64,000 bases of DNA, taken from IMG/VR virus record IMGVR_UViG_3300024262_000019, positions 32,001 to 96,000 of that record; one strand, written 5' to 3'. The stretch comes from a virus. Of this stretch, positions 1 to 10,137 are shown one piece after another. Within the stretch, counting starts at the first letter, position 1. Each line of letters starts with the position of its first letter. The position numbers were made by a program, and so were the translations under genes. Under the pieces are notes generated by a model, which did not search any database, was not told the DNA's origin, and saw only the letters and a list, made by a program, of their open reading frames with translations.

Positions 1-384
1 GAATATGAGACCGGCTGGGCCTATGAATTGAAACCCAGCTGGAATAGTTACCGGAAAAGAATGTATTGAGTTCAACGATATTGATAGATCTACACTCGAT
101 GCGCTGGCTGGCCCAGGCTTATAGCCCAGCTGCCTAGCCCCCCTGGTGGCAGATCCTCTGGTCCTCGACGTAACCAGGAAATTGTCTGTCGCTCTTCTGT
201 CGAGGTAGAAGGAAAGGGTATCCAATCCAAACGAAAATATATCGACAAGCATGATGCCAAGCGATGACACCGCGAAGTCGTTGTAGACAGCAGCGAATTT
301 CACCTGGAGACGAGCAAGGATCTCATCCTCGTGCGTATCGAAGTCTAATCCAGCGTATCTTACCCTTGTTAACTGTATAGACAT
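1..384 (-). CDS. Baseplate wedge protein, T4 gp6 / baseplate J-like (N-terminal part; runs off the window)
   Basis: Translated by hand from ATG 384: MSIQLTRVRYAGLDFDTHEDEILARLQVKFAAVYNDFAVSSLGIMLVDIFSFGLDTLSFYLDRRATDNFL...ARQLGYKP, the typical gp6-like N-terminus; TAATG overlap with the gp25-like gene. Confidence 0.85.
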   Translation of the reverse strand, partial: MSIQLTRVRYAGLDFDTHEDEILARLQVKFAAVYNDFAVSSLGIMLVDIFSFGLDTLSFYLDRRATDNFLVTSRTRGSATRGARQLGYKPGPASASSVDLSISLNSIHSFPVTIPAGFQFIGPAGLIF

Positions 385-767
385 TAAATGCCTCCGGAGA
401 CAGTGGCAGAATCAATCTCGCCAGTGGACGTGATGGTATACAAAATTGAGATCAAAGTCTGTCCGGGCTCAGATATATCATCAGTCGTGATCCTTACCGA
501 ATCGACGCGAACCCTGGACTCCCACTTCGTTATGGCCATGCGGATCTCACGTTCAGTGTTTGTCCTGAAATCCTCACCGTTATTCTCAAATACATACGAA
601 AATGCGTTACACCCAAAATCTGGCCGCATAATCCTCTCGCCACGCTGAGTCGTAACAATCTGAATCACAGAAGCCTTGATGGCTTCCGAATTTGAGGCTG
701 ACTTAGGAAATGCTAACTCACCCTTTTTGAAGGGAAAAGCTAATGATCTGATGCGTGAATCTGCCAT
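384..767 (-). CDS. Baseplate wedge subunit, gp25/gpW-like
   Basis: T-x-x-GER-x-MRPDFG and WEsRV motifs; position in baseplate cluster. Confidence 0.9.
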   Translation of the reverse strand: MADSRIRSLAFPFKKGELAFPKSASNSEAIKASVIQIVTTQRGERIMRPDFGCNAFSYVFENNGEDFRTNTEREIRMAITKWESRVRVDSVRITTDDISEPGQTLISILYTITSTGEIDSATVSGGI

Positions 768-769
768 GA

Positions 770-1231
770 CTAAAACAGGGGCCCCGGTGGTATTGGAGAA
801 GGATTCGTCACGAAAACCGTCCTTGTCATCAGATCTAACGAGGATGCCAGGCTCTGCGCAGCCTGCGCAGACGCCTTAACGTTGGTAGCCGCCATTTTCG
901 ATATCGCAGCAGCTGGTGCGATTGCCGTACAGACACCACCAGCACCGGTGAGCACCGGAGGAAGAAGCCAGAATGCACTAATCGCCTGACCTAGCGCCTG
1001 GGCCGCCTGAGCCGCTGGAAACCTAGCATCCATGAGATTGCGCAGCCCAACCTCAAACAGGCGATACTCGGAACCTTTGAGCAGCATAGGTGCCGCAGGA
1101 GGAGCCTGCGCAAGGGAAGCATAAGACTGATATGCCCTAGCAATCTGCGAAGCAATCTGCGACGTAGATTCGAGCCTTTGATCGAACACGCGCTGGATCT
1201 GATTCGTTAGCTGTCCAACATTCAAAGCCAT
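770..1231 (-). CDS. Hypothetical baseplate-region protein
   Basis: 153-aa ORF tightly packed between the spike and gp25-like genes. Confidence 0.65.
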   Translation of the reverse strand: MALNVGQLTNQIQRVFDQRLESTSQIASQIARAYQSYASLAQAPPAAPMLLKGSEYRLFEVGLRNLMDARFPAAQAAQALGQAISAFWLLPPVLTGAGGVCTAIAPAAAISKMAATNVKASAQAAQSLASSLDLMTRTVFVTNPSPIPPGPLF

Positions 1232-1887
1232 TAGCTAGTCTCCGAGTCATCGCTGAGACCGTCGATCGGAAACGGCTGAGTAGGAGGTAGCGTAGGACCC
1301 CATGAGTGCGGATGAGTATGGCTTTCCAGCCATGCCTTAACGGTAGATCCACGCATCATTGGCTCAAACGATCCACCCTGCTTGCCAATCCTAACCTTGC
1401 CGCCAGAAGTCCATTCAACAATGGTTCCATCCTTGTGGCGAATGAGTATCTTCTCCTCACCATCTTTGTCGGAGAGTGCAATCAGGTGACCGCCAGGAGT
1501 TCTGAATCCTCTCTTCTTAGGAGATCCATCGCTCTCAGGATCAAGCTCATCATGCACCTCCCCCTTGGCATACCATCCGCCAAGGTATCCAGATGGGCTC
1601 GTCGGATCTCCATTGTCGAAGAATACAAAAACGTAATCATTCTTCTCAGGTGGCCAGAACATTCCACTCAGCGGGCCAGCCCCGTACATCATCGGCTTAA
1701 CCCATCTCCCATTATCAGCAGGAAGTCTGGCCCTTGGGCACGCAACGATGACTCGACCAAGGCCCTCCGGATCTTGGTTATTAACTACCTTCGCTCGATA
1801 CGGTCCATGGTAACGACGAAAATATTCCAGACCAAACCTAGTTAGCTGATCAATGAAATCTTCAAATCTGTCGGTAAACCACGCCAT
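1231..1887 (-). CDS. Baseplate central spike, gpV/gp5 OB-fold type
   Basis: YRAKVVNNQDPEGLGRV and V.F..GDP..P.YLG motifs; C-terminal HTHPH metal-binding tip. Confidence 0.88.
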   Translation of the reverse strand: MAWFTDRFEDFIDQLTRFGLEYFRRYHGPYRAKVVNNQDPEGLGRVIVACPRARLPADNGRWVKPMMYGAGPLSGMFWPPEKNDYVFVFFDNGDPTSPSGYLGGWYAKGEVHDELDPESDGSPKKRGFRTPGGHLIALSDKDGEEKILIRHKDGTIVEWTSGGKVRIGKQGGSFEPMMRGSTVKAWLESHTHPHSWGPTLPPTQPFPIDGLSDDSETS

Positions 1888-1895
1888 AACTTATC

Positions 1896-3467
1896 CTACA
1901 GCTTAAATGACTTCCTCTGATTCCTCAGATCTTTGGGGCTTAGCTTTTCACTCTCTATATCCTTAGCAAGCTTAGTGATGGCATCCTGATTATCAGAGGC
2001 AGGCCCAACGACAGAAGTAAGCTCATTCTCAACCTCCCTCTCTGCAGCGGCAGTCTGGCTAGCCGCCAATGCCACCCTAGCCCTAGCCAAGTTAGAATCC
2101 TGATGAAATAGACCCATGGTTGCCTGGAATGTTGTAATCCACCCACCAACTCCAACCTGATGACGGATAAGCTGAATGCCGTATGTGCCATTGAACAAAG
2201 CACCGCTATCCTCGGCGCCCTCACCAATCTTCTCAAACCCAGACACATCAACAGCTTCGCCTGGACGCAATCCTGGTATTCCGATCGTAGTGAACTCTCC
2301 GTTGATCCCATCTCGCATCTGCATGTCTTTCCAGTTGGCAGCGGCCCTAGCCCTGTCATCCGGATCATCTACATTCCCTGGGAAATTTGCCTGTGCCTGT
2401 ATATCCTCATCGCCAACATCGACGATTCTCCCGACATCACCATCCTCTTTCCCTTTACCACTCGCAACCGTAGTGGCATCAGCAGAATAGCTATCCGGGT
2501 CGTCGTTCTTTTTCTCGCTCCAATCAAACATCAACAGCTTGCCAACGCCAGGCGATAGCCAAGGTCCATCTCCCTCTGCTGAGAAATTCAATATTGGAAA
2601 CATGTTCTTAGTTGGATCTACCGCACCCCTGAGAAGAAACTTCTTCCTGGTTGCCTTGTCGTCACCCATCTGGGTGCTGAAATATTTAGTCTTGCCAATG
2701 ATTCGAATCTCATTGCCATGCATGATCAGATCGAATCCAAACTGCTCTATCGTCTCCCTTACAAACCACCAGTCATTTCTTGGACCCTTGGTGATAACCC
2801 CAACGGGAGCAGGGGCGTCTACCTTGGTATGCTCAGCCGTAGCAGCCGGCTCTCTAAAGAAAGCATCACCGGTAATCCTATCCTTATCCTTAGAAGGTAT
2901 ATCAGCATACAGTCTGTCGATTTTGAGCCCAGGACCACCATTGCCTTCTAGTACATATTTCTTAAGAGTAATCTCCACAGCTTCCGCCCAAGTAGTATTC
3001 TTAGGAAACGATTTCTCCTCCGTGCCGCCGACAACGTTCATCTGATATCCGACGCCCAGGGCGTTGAGGGTGATCGTAATATCACTACCCATAGCAACGT
3101 CTGGCTTCTGAAGCATCCCGCTGAATGTAAGCTGAGAAAAAGCCGTAGCACCACCACCACTGCTGGTACCAGTTGAATAACCAAATTCAACCTCCAAACG
3201 ACCCACACCATGCCTGACCAGCTCAGACTGGAGTAAGTCTAGACCATCCTCAAATGGAGGAGTGAGCACCATTGCTAGCTTGACGTTGTCACCGAATCGA
3301 TGCTCAACGGTCACCTGTGACACAAACGCGAGAGCCCTAAAATCCGACAGGGCAGATCTTTGTTCACTCTGAACCCATAGCTCTATGGTCTCGCCCTTCT
3401 GACCAGATCCGGCTGGGAATTGACGTATCCTTCCGGACAACGCAACACCGAAGAAATCGATTGCCAT
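1896..3467 (-). CDS. Baseplate hub protein (gp27/gpD-like)
   Basis: C-terminal TIGIPGLRPGEAVDV...FNGTYGIQLIRHQVG..GWITTF pattern; lies between LysM-like and spike genes. Confidence 0.75.
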   Translation of the reverse strand: MAIDFFGVALSGRIRQFPAGSGQKGETIELWVQSEQRSALSDFRALAFVSQVTVEHRFGDNVKLAMVLTPPFEDGLDLLQSELVRHGVGRLEVEFGYSTGTSSGGGATAFSQLTFSGMLQKPDVAMGSDITITLNALGVGYQMNVVGGTEEKSFPKNTTWAEAVEITLKKYVLEGNGGPGLKIDRLYADIPSKDKDRITGDAFFREPAATAEHTKVDAPAPVGVITKGPRNDWWFVRETIEQFGFDLIMHGNEIRIIGKTKYFSTQMGDDKATRKKFLLRGAVDPTKNMFPILNFSAEGDGPWLSPGVGKLLMFDWSEKKNDDPDSYSADATTVASGKGKEDGDVGRIVDVGDEDIQAQANFPGNVDDPDDRARAAANWKDMQMRDGINGEFTTIGIPGLRPGEAVDVSGFEKIGEGAEDSGALFNGTYGIQLIRHQVGVGGWITTFQATMGLFHQDSNLARARVALAASQTAAAEREVENELTSVVGPASDNQDAITKLAKDIESEKLSPKDLRNQRKSFKL

Positions 3468-3782
3468 TTATCTCTTCAGCTTTCGCAGCAACTTAGACTT
3501 AACAAATGTTTTCGATGGAATCCTAATCTGTGCATTCTCCTTAAGGTCCGTCGGAAGAATCTCAAGGTTATTGGCCCACGCTATGACCCACCAAAGCCTA
3601 GAGTCCCCATAATACCGATATGCCAGAAGGTCGATCCTATCCGTACTCGACACCACATGAAGAACGTCATCCACTCTAGCAGTGATATCTGGAAGTACTA
3701 CGGTATCCCAGAACTCGACGCCCTCAGATCTGAGCAGATCTGTAAACAGAAGACGTGAGTTACCATTTAGCTCAACTCCCAT
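3468..3782 (-). CDS. LysM-like tail/baseplate protein (gpX/gp53-like)
   Basis: DRIDLLAYRYYGDSRLWWVIAWAN...IRIP signature. Confidence 0.85.
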   Translation of the reverse strand: MGVELNGNSRLLFTDLLRSEGVEFWDTVVLPDITARVDDVLHVVSSTDRIDLLAYRYYGDSRLWWVIAWANNLEILPTDLKENAQIRIPSKTFVKSKLLRKLKR

Positions 3783-6700
3783 TACTGCGTCCTCTTATTC
3801 CTTCTTGGCGTCTTATCAGTAGATTTTGGGGGCAGAGTCATCTCGCCGCCTGACGACATGGCGCTCGCCAGGGTTTGGATACTCATATTTATGTCTCTCA
3901 GATACCCAGGAATCAGAGCACCCTCCTCGGCCCAATCTGGGTTATTGATCGTACTCCTAAGATTCTCAGAGGCAGCCTGAGCCAGCCCGCCACCACTACT
4001 ACTACCACCCTCTGGACTAGCAGATGCACTACCAACCACGGCTGACATGGCAAGGGCCTTATTATAGGCCGCACCTATCATCGCATCCGCAGCCTTGCCG
4101 CCCTTAAATGCAACCGCCAAAGCCGACACAACCCGCGAAGCCCACAGGTCGATCTGACTTGGAGAAGCCAGCAAATCCATCAAGTTTATCGACTGCGCAA
4201 GTGCAACAAACTTTCCCTGCATGGATGCAACGAATCCAATGAACGCAACGACTGCCCTGCCGGCTTCAGAGACGGATACATACCAGTAATCCTTAATGTG
4301 TTGCTCAGCTTTATCAGACCACTGTGCCGTTAACGTTTCCTGAGTTGCGAGCCCCTTAGTCATCTCGTCCCATACCGAGTTAACAGAATCGGCGAGACCA
4401 TCCATCATTTCAGTTGCCTGCTTAATGAACGTCCCCATGAATTTCTTCATGCCCCTCTCGACGGCTTCTAAGTTCCTCTTAAAGTCTCTCGGATTGATAT
4501 TGGAAATACTGTCAACCATGCCAGCTGCGACCTTGCTAGATACGCCCATGGCCTTAACTATCTGACCACCCCTCTCCGCAGCCTCCGTCTCCAAAGTAAT
4601 CCCATCAGCCTTAGCCTTGGCAACAACGCCAACCATCCCCCTGTCAAACCCCTCACTGAGACCGAGAGCCAGGTTCTCAGAGTTCTCACCAGCAATCCTG
4701 GTGACATCCTTACTGAGACCTTCATACTTAGTGCGGATAGCAGCCACTTCAGCATCTAATGCGGCTGCGGTTTTATTCCCCCTATTTGCAATTGCTTCGT
4801 TTGTTGCCGACTCCTGCAGGTTTGCAATGATCTTGATCTTCTCAAGAACCATATCCCTCTCTTTGCCCTGGATATTCTTCAACCCATCCATGGTCCGAGT
4901 CGCCGCATTCAGCGTCGAGTTAGACCACGTCCTCGATGCCCTGCTCGCCAGCGACATGCTCTTATCGGCATTCCCTTCGACGCTCTTAAGCATTGCCCCT
5001 ATGCTTCCAGTGATTAAGCTAGCTTCATCCTCGATAGCCAGGGCGGCGTTCTTCATCCTCACATTCTGCGCATCCATTGCCGTAGCCCGAGCATCAAGCT
5101 CTATCTGATAGGCAACCGTCCCCTTCTTACCGGCTGCCTCCATCGCAGCCAGCCTAAGGTCGTGGTGCGTCATGATGTCGGCGGTCTCCTGACCTATAAG
5201 CGTCGCTTGCTCATTGATCCTAGTCTGCAGATCGGAAGCATACGCAGCGTTATACTTACCAACACTAGCCATCAGATCGTCACCAATGGCTAGCTGTTGG
5301 CCGATAACCTTATTGAACTCAGCTGCCTTCTCAGCAGAATATCCATGTGTCTTAGTGAATTCACGATTGTACTTAACCCACTCAGCGGTAGCTTCCCCGG
5401 CCTCCTTTGAGGACATTCCATAGGTATCAACCGCCTTACGTACCTTATCCACTGCAGCCGTTGCACTCTGCCATGACTCAATATTGACAACCGCTAGATT
5501 CATGTCCGCAAGCGCTACGTGAACCCTTACGATCTCACCTTTAGCATTCTTAGCCCACTTATAGATGGCATCGCCAGCGGCTATGATCTTGCCAGTGGTC
5601 GTAACAACCTTCTCACCAGATGCGATTTGACTATCAACCAGAGCCTTAACCTCCATATCAGTAACAGAGGCCAGCTGCTCTATAGACCCGATACCCTTAG
5701 CAGCACTGGCAACAGCCTCCCTATGGGCCTTCTCTAGAGCTATGGCAGAGTTCCTAGCCATAGCCTCGACATCTAGTTCTGCCTGCTTAGCGCCCCCGCC
5801 GATCAGGTCGCTAAAAAAATCACCTATCCCAGAAGCGATAGCTCCGATGTTGTCATAGACGTACTCGGCAGCCTTATATAGGCCATATATCGCAATTCCT
5901 ATGGCGGCTATAACTGCTATAACCGGTGCTGCTGCAACGATGAACGGAACCATCGACGCCGCCATGGAGATTCCAGCTGAGATGAATGCTGGAATCATCG
6001 TGGCTACAACATACAGAGTCAGCAGAGTCAGCCCTATCAGGAGACCCTTGACGGCCATGACGACAACCTTGATCACATTTCCAAGCAATGGGAACTTCGT
6101 ATGAATAGCTTCAACTATGCCATCAACGAGACCAACGATAAGACCTAGCGCCCCTTTAACAGATTTGTATATGATTTCTGGCAAGTGCAAGAAGATCTTC
6201 CATACCGCAGCCATAGCAATAAGACCAGCCTGCCCAAGATACTTACCGAGCGTTGCTCCAACACCGTTCCAATCGATGCCTCCCAGAGCAGATAAGATCT
6301 TTCCACCTATATTGAGAACAGACTCAAATAGCTTAAGTGACAACTGGGCCGCGAATGAGAGACCCTTGCCAAGTAACTCGGCAACTTTACCCCATGGGAT
6401 ACTGTCAACAATCCTAGTGATCACCGGACCAATGATCGACATAGCCTTTGAGAATACATTCTCAACGGTCTCCATGATCTTTGGTAGCTCACCCTTGAGC
6501 TTGTCGATCCAAGGCTGAACAATGCTATTGCTACCCTTGGCCAGATCTTTGAAAACGAAATAAAGTCCAGCAACCGCTGCCGTCACAAGAACCAAAGGAC
6601 TAGCCAAAGCACCGAATGCGGCAACAATGCCTGGCATCACCTTGAGAATTGGAGCGAACTGGTTCGACAGCTCCGAAATGGCCATACCGTATTTGGTATG

Positions 6701-8053
6701 CGAAGCCAACATCCCTCCGATTCCGTGAACTCGCGCTTCGATAAGCCTCTGTGTAAATGTGCCAAGTGGCCCGCCCTTCGCTGCCACAGTCTCCAACTGG
6801 GCTGCAAGCTCCTTGGTATTCTGCTTATACTTCTTCAGGTATGCCTGGTCGCTCATCACGCCGGTAACACCCTTCATAGTCGTGACAAGCCGGTCCTGCG
6901 CTATGGCAAATCTCTCCGCCATGGTGCGACCATCCTTGTATCGCTTGGCCAAGGTCTGCAGCACCTCCGCCTGTCCTTCGATAGGATCATTGGCCTCATT
7001 GATGGCAGGGCCAACCTTATCGAGCCCCTGATTTAAAAGCGCCTGAACCTCTGGACCGAAGGTCGCTGCCATCTGCTGATTAAATCTATCCATCGCGTTG
7101 GAATCAAGATTCATACCCTTGACCTGATCGACGAGGCCACCCATCTTCAGCATGAACTGATCCGGGCTCTCCGCCATCATATTCATAGCCTCAGGTATAG
7201 AGCCTAGATGCTGAGTGAGAACATTCATGCCGTCTGGAATATCTGTGGAAAGCCCAGAATACAGCGACTTCATTCCCGTCTCGCCGGCCAATAAAGCTTT
7301 AGTTAAACCGCGAGACCCGGCCATCGCATCCTCTGCAGAGAAGCCGAGACTTGCCATAGCACCAGCCATAGTAGTGGTGCCCTTGATGAATCTTGCAGAT
7401 CTCTCTGGGGACCAATTCTTCGTAAAAAGATTGCCCTGCTCATTGAGCATAGAAACCGTCTCAGACATACCAGCCACAGCCTCTCGGCCAATATTGAACT
7501 TCTTACCAATAGCAGCAACAGACTTGAGAGTCTCCTCTGTCTGCTTGTCGGAGAATTTCATCTGCTTACCCATGACACCTAGGGCAGAAGCCAGCTTCGT
7601 AGAATCAGCACCAGTAACCTCGACGAACTTCTGAAACTCCTGAAGTCCTCCAGTAAAACCAACCTTCTCGATATCAACACCAGCCTGCTTAAGGGCGACG
7701 AGGGACTGCGTCATACCCTCAGCCCCAATGTTCATGGCGAAGGATCCACTAGTAATCGATTTCTGAGCCCTCCTGAGTTCCTTCTCAGTCATGTTGAGAC
7801 CGGCAAGACCAGCAGACGTAACCTTGTTTGAGGCGACGCCGAATGCCTCAATATTGGTCGTCGTTAGCTTCATGTCGCTAGCCAGCGCCGTAGCTTGGCC
7901 GATAGCAGGGCCAAGATTAGGTGGCTTAAACGCCATCTTCGCCGACGACATGCTTATTTGAGCTATGCCTAGCCCAATCTGACTAAGGCCAGTAGTCGTA
8001 GTCTTAATCGAATCTGCAAGACCCTTGTCTTGAGATCCGAAGTTAAAACCCAA
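3782..8053 (-). CDS. Tape measure protein (true start may be ATG 8083; see findings)
   Basis: 1423 aa, Ala/Gly-rich helical protein with central hydrophobic segments; follows the tail chaperone and precedes baseplate genes. Confidence 0.88.
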   Translation of the reverse strand: MGFNFGSQDKGLADSIKTTTTGLSQIGLGIAQISMSSAKMAFKPPNLGPAIGQATALASDMKLTTTNIEAFGVASNKVTSAGLAGLNMTEKELRRAQKSITSGSFAMNIGAEGMTQSLVALKQAGVDIEKVGFTGGLQEFQKFVEVTGADSTKLASALGVMGKQMKFSDKQTEETLKSVAAIGKKFNIGREAVAGMSETVSMLNEQGNLFTKNWSPERSARFIKGTTTMAGAMASLGFSAEDAMAGSRGLTKALLAGETGMKSLYSGLSTDIPDGMNVLTQHLGSIPEAMNMMAESPDQFMLKMGGLVDQVKGMNLDSNAMDRFNQQMAATFGPEVQALLNQGLDKVGPAINEANDPIEGQAEVLQTLAKRYKDGRTMAERFAIAQDRLVTTMKGVTGVMSDQAYLKKYKQNTKELAAQLETVAAKGGPLGTFTQRLIEARVHGIGGMLASHTKYGMAISELSNQFAPILKVMPGIVAAFGALASPLVLVTAAVAGLYFVFKDLAKGSNSIVQPWIDKLKGELPKIMETVENVFSKAMSIIGPVITRIVDSIPWGKVAELLGKGLSFAAQLSLKLFESVLNIGGKILSALGGIDWNGVGATLGKYLGQAGLIAMAAVWKIFLHLPEIIYKSVKGALGLIVGLVDGIVEAIHTKFPLLGNVIKVVVMAVKGLLIGLTLLTLYVVATMIPAFISAGISMAASMVPFIVAAAPVIAVIAAIGIAIYGLYKAAEYVYDNIGAIASGIGDFFSDLIGGGAKQAELDVEAMARNSAIALEKAHREAVASAAKGIGSIEQLASVTDMEVKALVDSQIASGEKVVTTTGKIIAAGDAIYKWAKNAKGEIVRVHVALADMNLAVVNIESWQSATAAVDKVRKAVDTYGMSSKEAGEATAEWVKYNREFTKTHGYSAEKAAEFNKVIGQQLAIGDDLMASVGKYNAAYASDLQTRINEQATLIGQETADIMTHHDLRLAAMEAAGKKGTVAYQIELDARATAMDAQNVRMKNAALAIEDEASLITGSIGAMLKSVEGNADKSMSLASRASRTWSNSTLNAATRTMDGLKNIQGKERDMVLEKIKIIANLQESATNEAIANRGNKTAAALDAEVAAIRTKYEGLSKDVTRIAGENSENLALGLSEGFDRGMVGVVAKAKADGITLETEAAERGGQIVKAMGVSSKVAAGMVDSISNINPRDFKRNLEAVERGMKKFMGTFIKQATEMMDGLADSVNSVWDEMTKGLATQETLTAQWSDKAEQHIKDYWYVSVSEAGRAVVAFIGFVASMQGKFVALAQSINLMDLLASPSQIDLWASRVVSALAVAFKGGKAADAMIGAAYNKALAMSAVVGSASASPEGGSSSGGGLAQAASENLRSTINNPDWAEEGALIPGYLRDINMSIQTLASAMSSGGEMTLPPKSTDKTPRRNKRTQ

Positions 8054-8083
8054 TCCCAGCCTTCAAAGGAAGTTGAGTGCCAT

Positions 8084-9169
8084 TTAGTTCTCTCCCCTGG
8101 GGAGAGGACCGGCATTCAACTTCCGATTTCCTCTTTCTTGGAGCGCAATCTGATACTTCCGCTTGCAGCGGGTCTGAGGAATTGAATCTTGGTACAGCCA
8201 CTGCGCAAGCTCCCGTGAGTGCGCTGCCAACAATTCAATCCTATATCCTAGGAATTCTTTTTCGCCCAAAGTCGTCACATGACTATACAAACGAGGCTCC
8301 CAACCCTGATCTTCCAATTTTCCAATCAGAACGTTTACAAATTCAATACTCGAACATGCATAGTTAGCCCGCAGAGATCCGCCTCGACGCTCCCATCCCC
8401 CGTCGGCATCCCATATTCCTCTCAAAAAATGCGACAGATATATACCTGGAACATCAGGGAACTTCATCGTTGTAGCCTTGGCGCCACCCATACCAAAGCG
8501 ACTACCAAGCTCTCGAACCATTCTCCATGAAGACCACTTGAGGACCCAACAGTTGGCACCCTGGTTATGAGGAGCGGGGCCACGATCATGCTCGATGATC
8601 CTGGCTACTGACCTGCATACATCCTCGGTCCCCGCCAGACTAATCTGCCGCTGCCCAGTCCGATCGTCATCTCGAACGTGACCATCACCAAATAATAATC
8701 CGAGTACCCAGGCACTCTCTTGAGTCCACGTATGAAAGACATCTTCCTTCACACGCATATCTGGAGCCGTAATCTTGCCCCGCTCAACAGCAAGACGAAC
8801 ACCATCCGCTCGACCGCGAATGATCCCCATCTCACTCAGGTGTGTCCTGATCAGCCGACCATCACGTCCAATTGCCTTGGCAATATCGTTCGACGATGCG
8901 CCTGCCTCATACATCTCCTGTATTCTGGCATCATCCTCCACAGATATCGCATTGGAGCGATTCTTGGCCGCCTCACGACAAGATCTTGCTGGTATGCCAC
9001 GGCTCTTCAGCCATCCCCATACCGTACCTGGAGCACGGCCATAGAGCGCACCAAGCTGCACCAGACTGCGCTGTTCAACGACATACAGTCGATGAAGATC
9101 TTCCTTCGTTACTTCCGGCATGAGGTATACCCAATCTACAAGATTCCGAAGATTCATTCCACCGACCAT
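8084..9169 (-). mobile_element. Free-standing LAGLIDADG homing endonuclease with N-terminal HTH repeats
   Basis: AWVLGLLFGDG and HFLRGIWDADG motifs; inserted between tail chaperone and tape measure genes. Confidence 0.85.
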
Positions 9170-9187
9170 GCGATCGATAGTCTAGAT

Positions 9188-9210
9188 ATGCGCAAGCGCT
9201 TGCGTTGCTA
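9188..9210. repeat. Dispersed 23-bp palindromic element, copy 1
   Basis: ATGCGCAAGCGCTTGCGTTGCTA; near-identical to 40341-40363 (inverted) and 63527-63549. Confidence 0.9.
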
Positions 9211-9405
9211 ACGTCTTCTGGAGGCATCCCTCTCTTGTTGCCGACGCCTCTCGGCCTCAAGATCTGACTTCTTGATGATCATCCTCATGCGGCGAGAAGC
9301 TGGCATCTTCAAAATGGCTTCCTCGGAAAGCCCTCGCCAGCTCTCCATTAGAAAGAATATTTCTTCTTCCAATTCTTCAATGTTGCCGAGGGGTTGAAAA
9401 AACCC
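9208..9405 (-). CDS. Tail assembly chaperone -1 frameshift extension (gpGT-type)
   Basis: Slippery G GGT TTT at 9405-9399; -1 frame reads FQPLGNIEELEEEIFFLMESWRGLSEEAILKMPASRRMRMIIKKSDLEAERRRQQERDASRRR to TAG 9208. Confidence 0.8.
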   Translation of the reverse strand, partial: GFFQPLGNIEELEEEIFFLMESWRGLSEEAILKMPASRRMRMIIKKSDLEAERRRQQERDASRRR

Positions 9406-10127
9406 TGCTGGGATATATCCAACTCCGTATCGTACTCGACACCGCAGCCAGGACAGTCGATCTTCACCTCCGTATCAACTCCACCCTCATGGTCCTCCCA
9501 TGCGCCGCGAAGGAAGTTTCGATCGATCAACGGTAACTCTTTCAGATCTGCCATAGTTACCGGCTTATCATCGATAGATTCAACCCTGGCAAAGATAGCC
9601 GAAGTAATGATGTCCTTGCCCCTTGTCGAAGCCTTGCCGATCGCATCCTCGCCACGACCATTGAGAACCTTCATCAATACCTGACTACCTGTCTTTGGTA
9701 GGGTAAGTGAGTAGGTCCTCACCATCGGGTTTGGCATCTTCTTGATCTCAAGGTCTGCCAAATCCAAAACAAACCTGGCGTCCTGTGAGCAAGTTGGACA
9801 CTTGGTCACGAATGGCATGTCGTTGCCAAGACTTGCTCTTCGTATGGCAATCAGAAGATAGATTCTGTCGCCCTGAACCAACTCAGGAATGATCTGCGAA
9901 ACGACAGGCCCGGACACTGTCCCAATCGACTCAGTACATCGACCAAGGATTGAATTGATCTTCTTGTTGCTAGGCATATTCCTGGCAGCAAGAATCTCCT
10001 CCTCCTCGCCAGTCATCTCCCTGACAGTCACAGAAGTGTGAAGGTTACCCTCCGAATCAAGGTAACCACATGGCAGCTCAAATGAGTCAACCGACGACTT
10101 TGCGTATTCCAATGCTGGATCAATCAT
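9348..10127 (-). CDS. Tail assembly chaperone (T4 gp26-like, Zn-binding)
   Basis: LPCGY...VREMTGEEEEIL...GDR.YLLIAIRR, two CxxC pairs, ends GFFNP at a slippery site upstream of the tape measure gene. Confidence 0.82.
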   Translation of the reverse strand: MIDPALEYAKSSVDSFELPCGYLDSEGNLHTSVTVREMTGEEEEILAARNMPSNKKINSILGRCTESIGTVSGPVVSQIIPELVQGDRIYLLIAIRRASLGNDMPFVTKCPTCSQDARFVLDLADLEIKKMPNPMVRTYSLTLPKTGSQVLMKVLNGRGEDAIGKASTRGKDIITSAIFARVESIDDKPVTMADLKELPLIDRNFLRGAWEDHEGGVDTEVKIDCPGCGVEYDTELDISQQGFFNPSATLKNWKKKYSF

Positions 10128-10137
10128 GTATCACCTT

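Noticed and set aside
8060-8070. prfB-like +1 frameshift at CTT TGA
   Set aside because: The +1 frame closes after about 30 codons and does not join the tape measure frame
8084-9169. Group I intron around the LAGLIDADG genes (also 23858-24694)
   Set aside because: Flanking genes are not split by the ORFs and there is too little non-coding sequence for a ribozyme core
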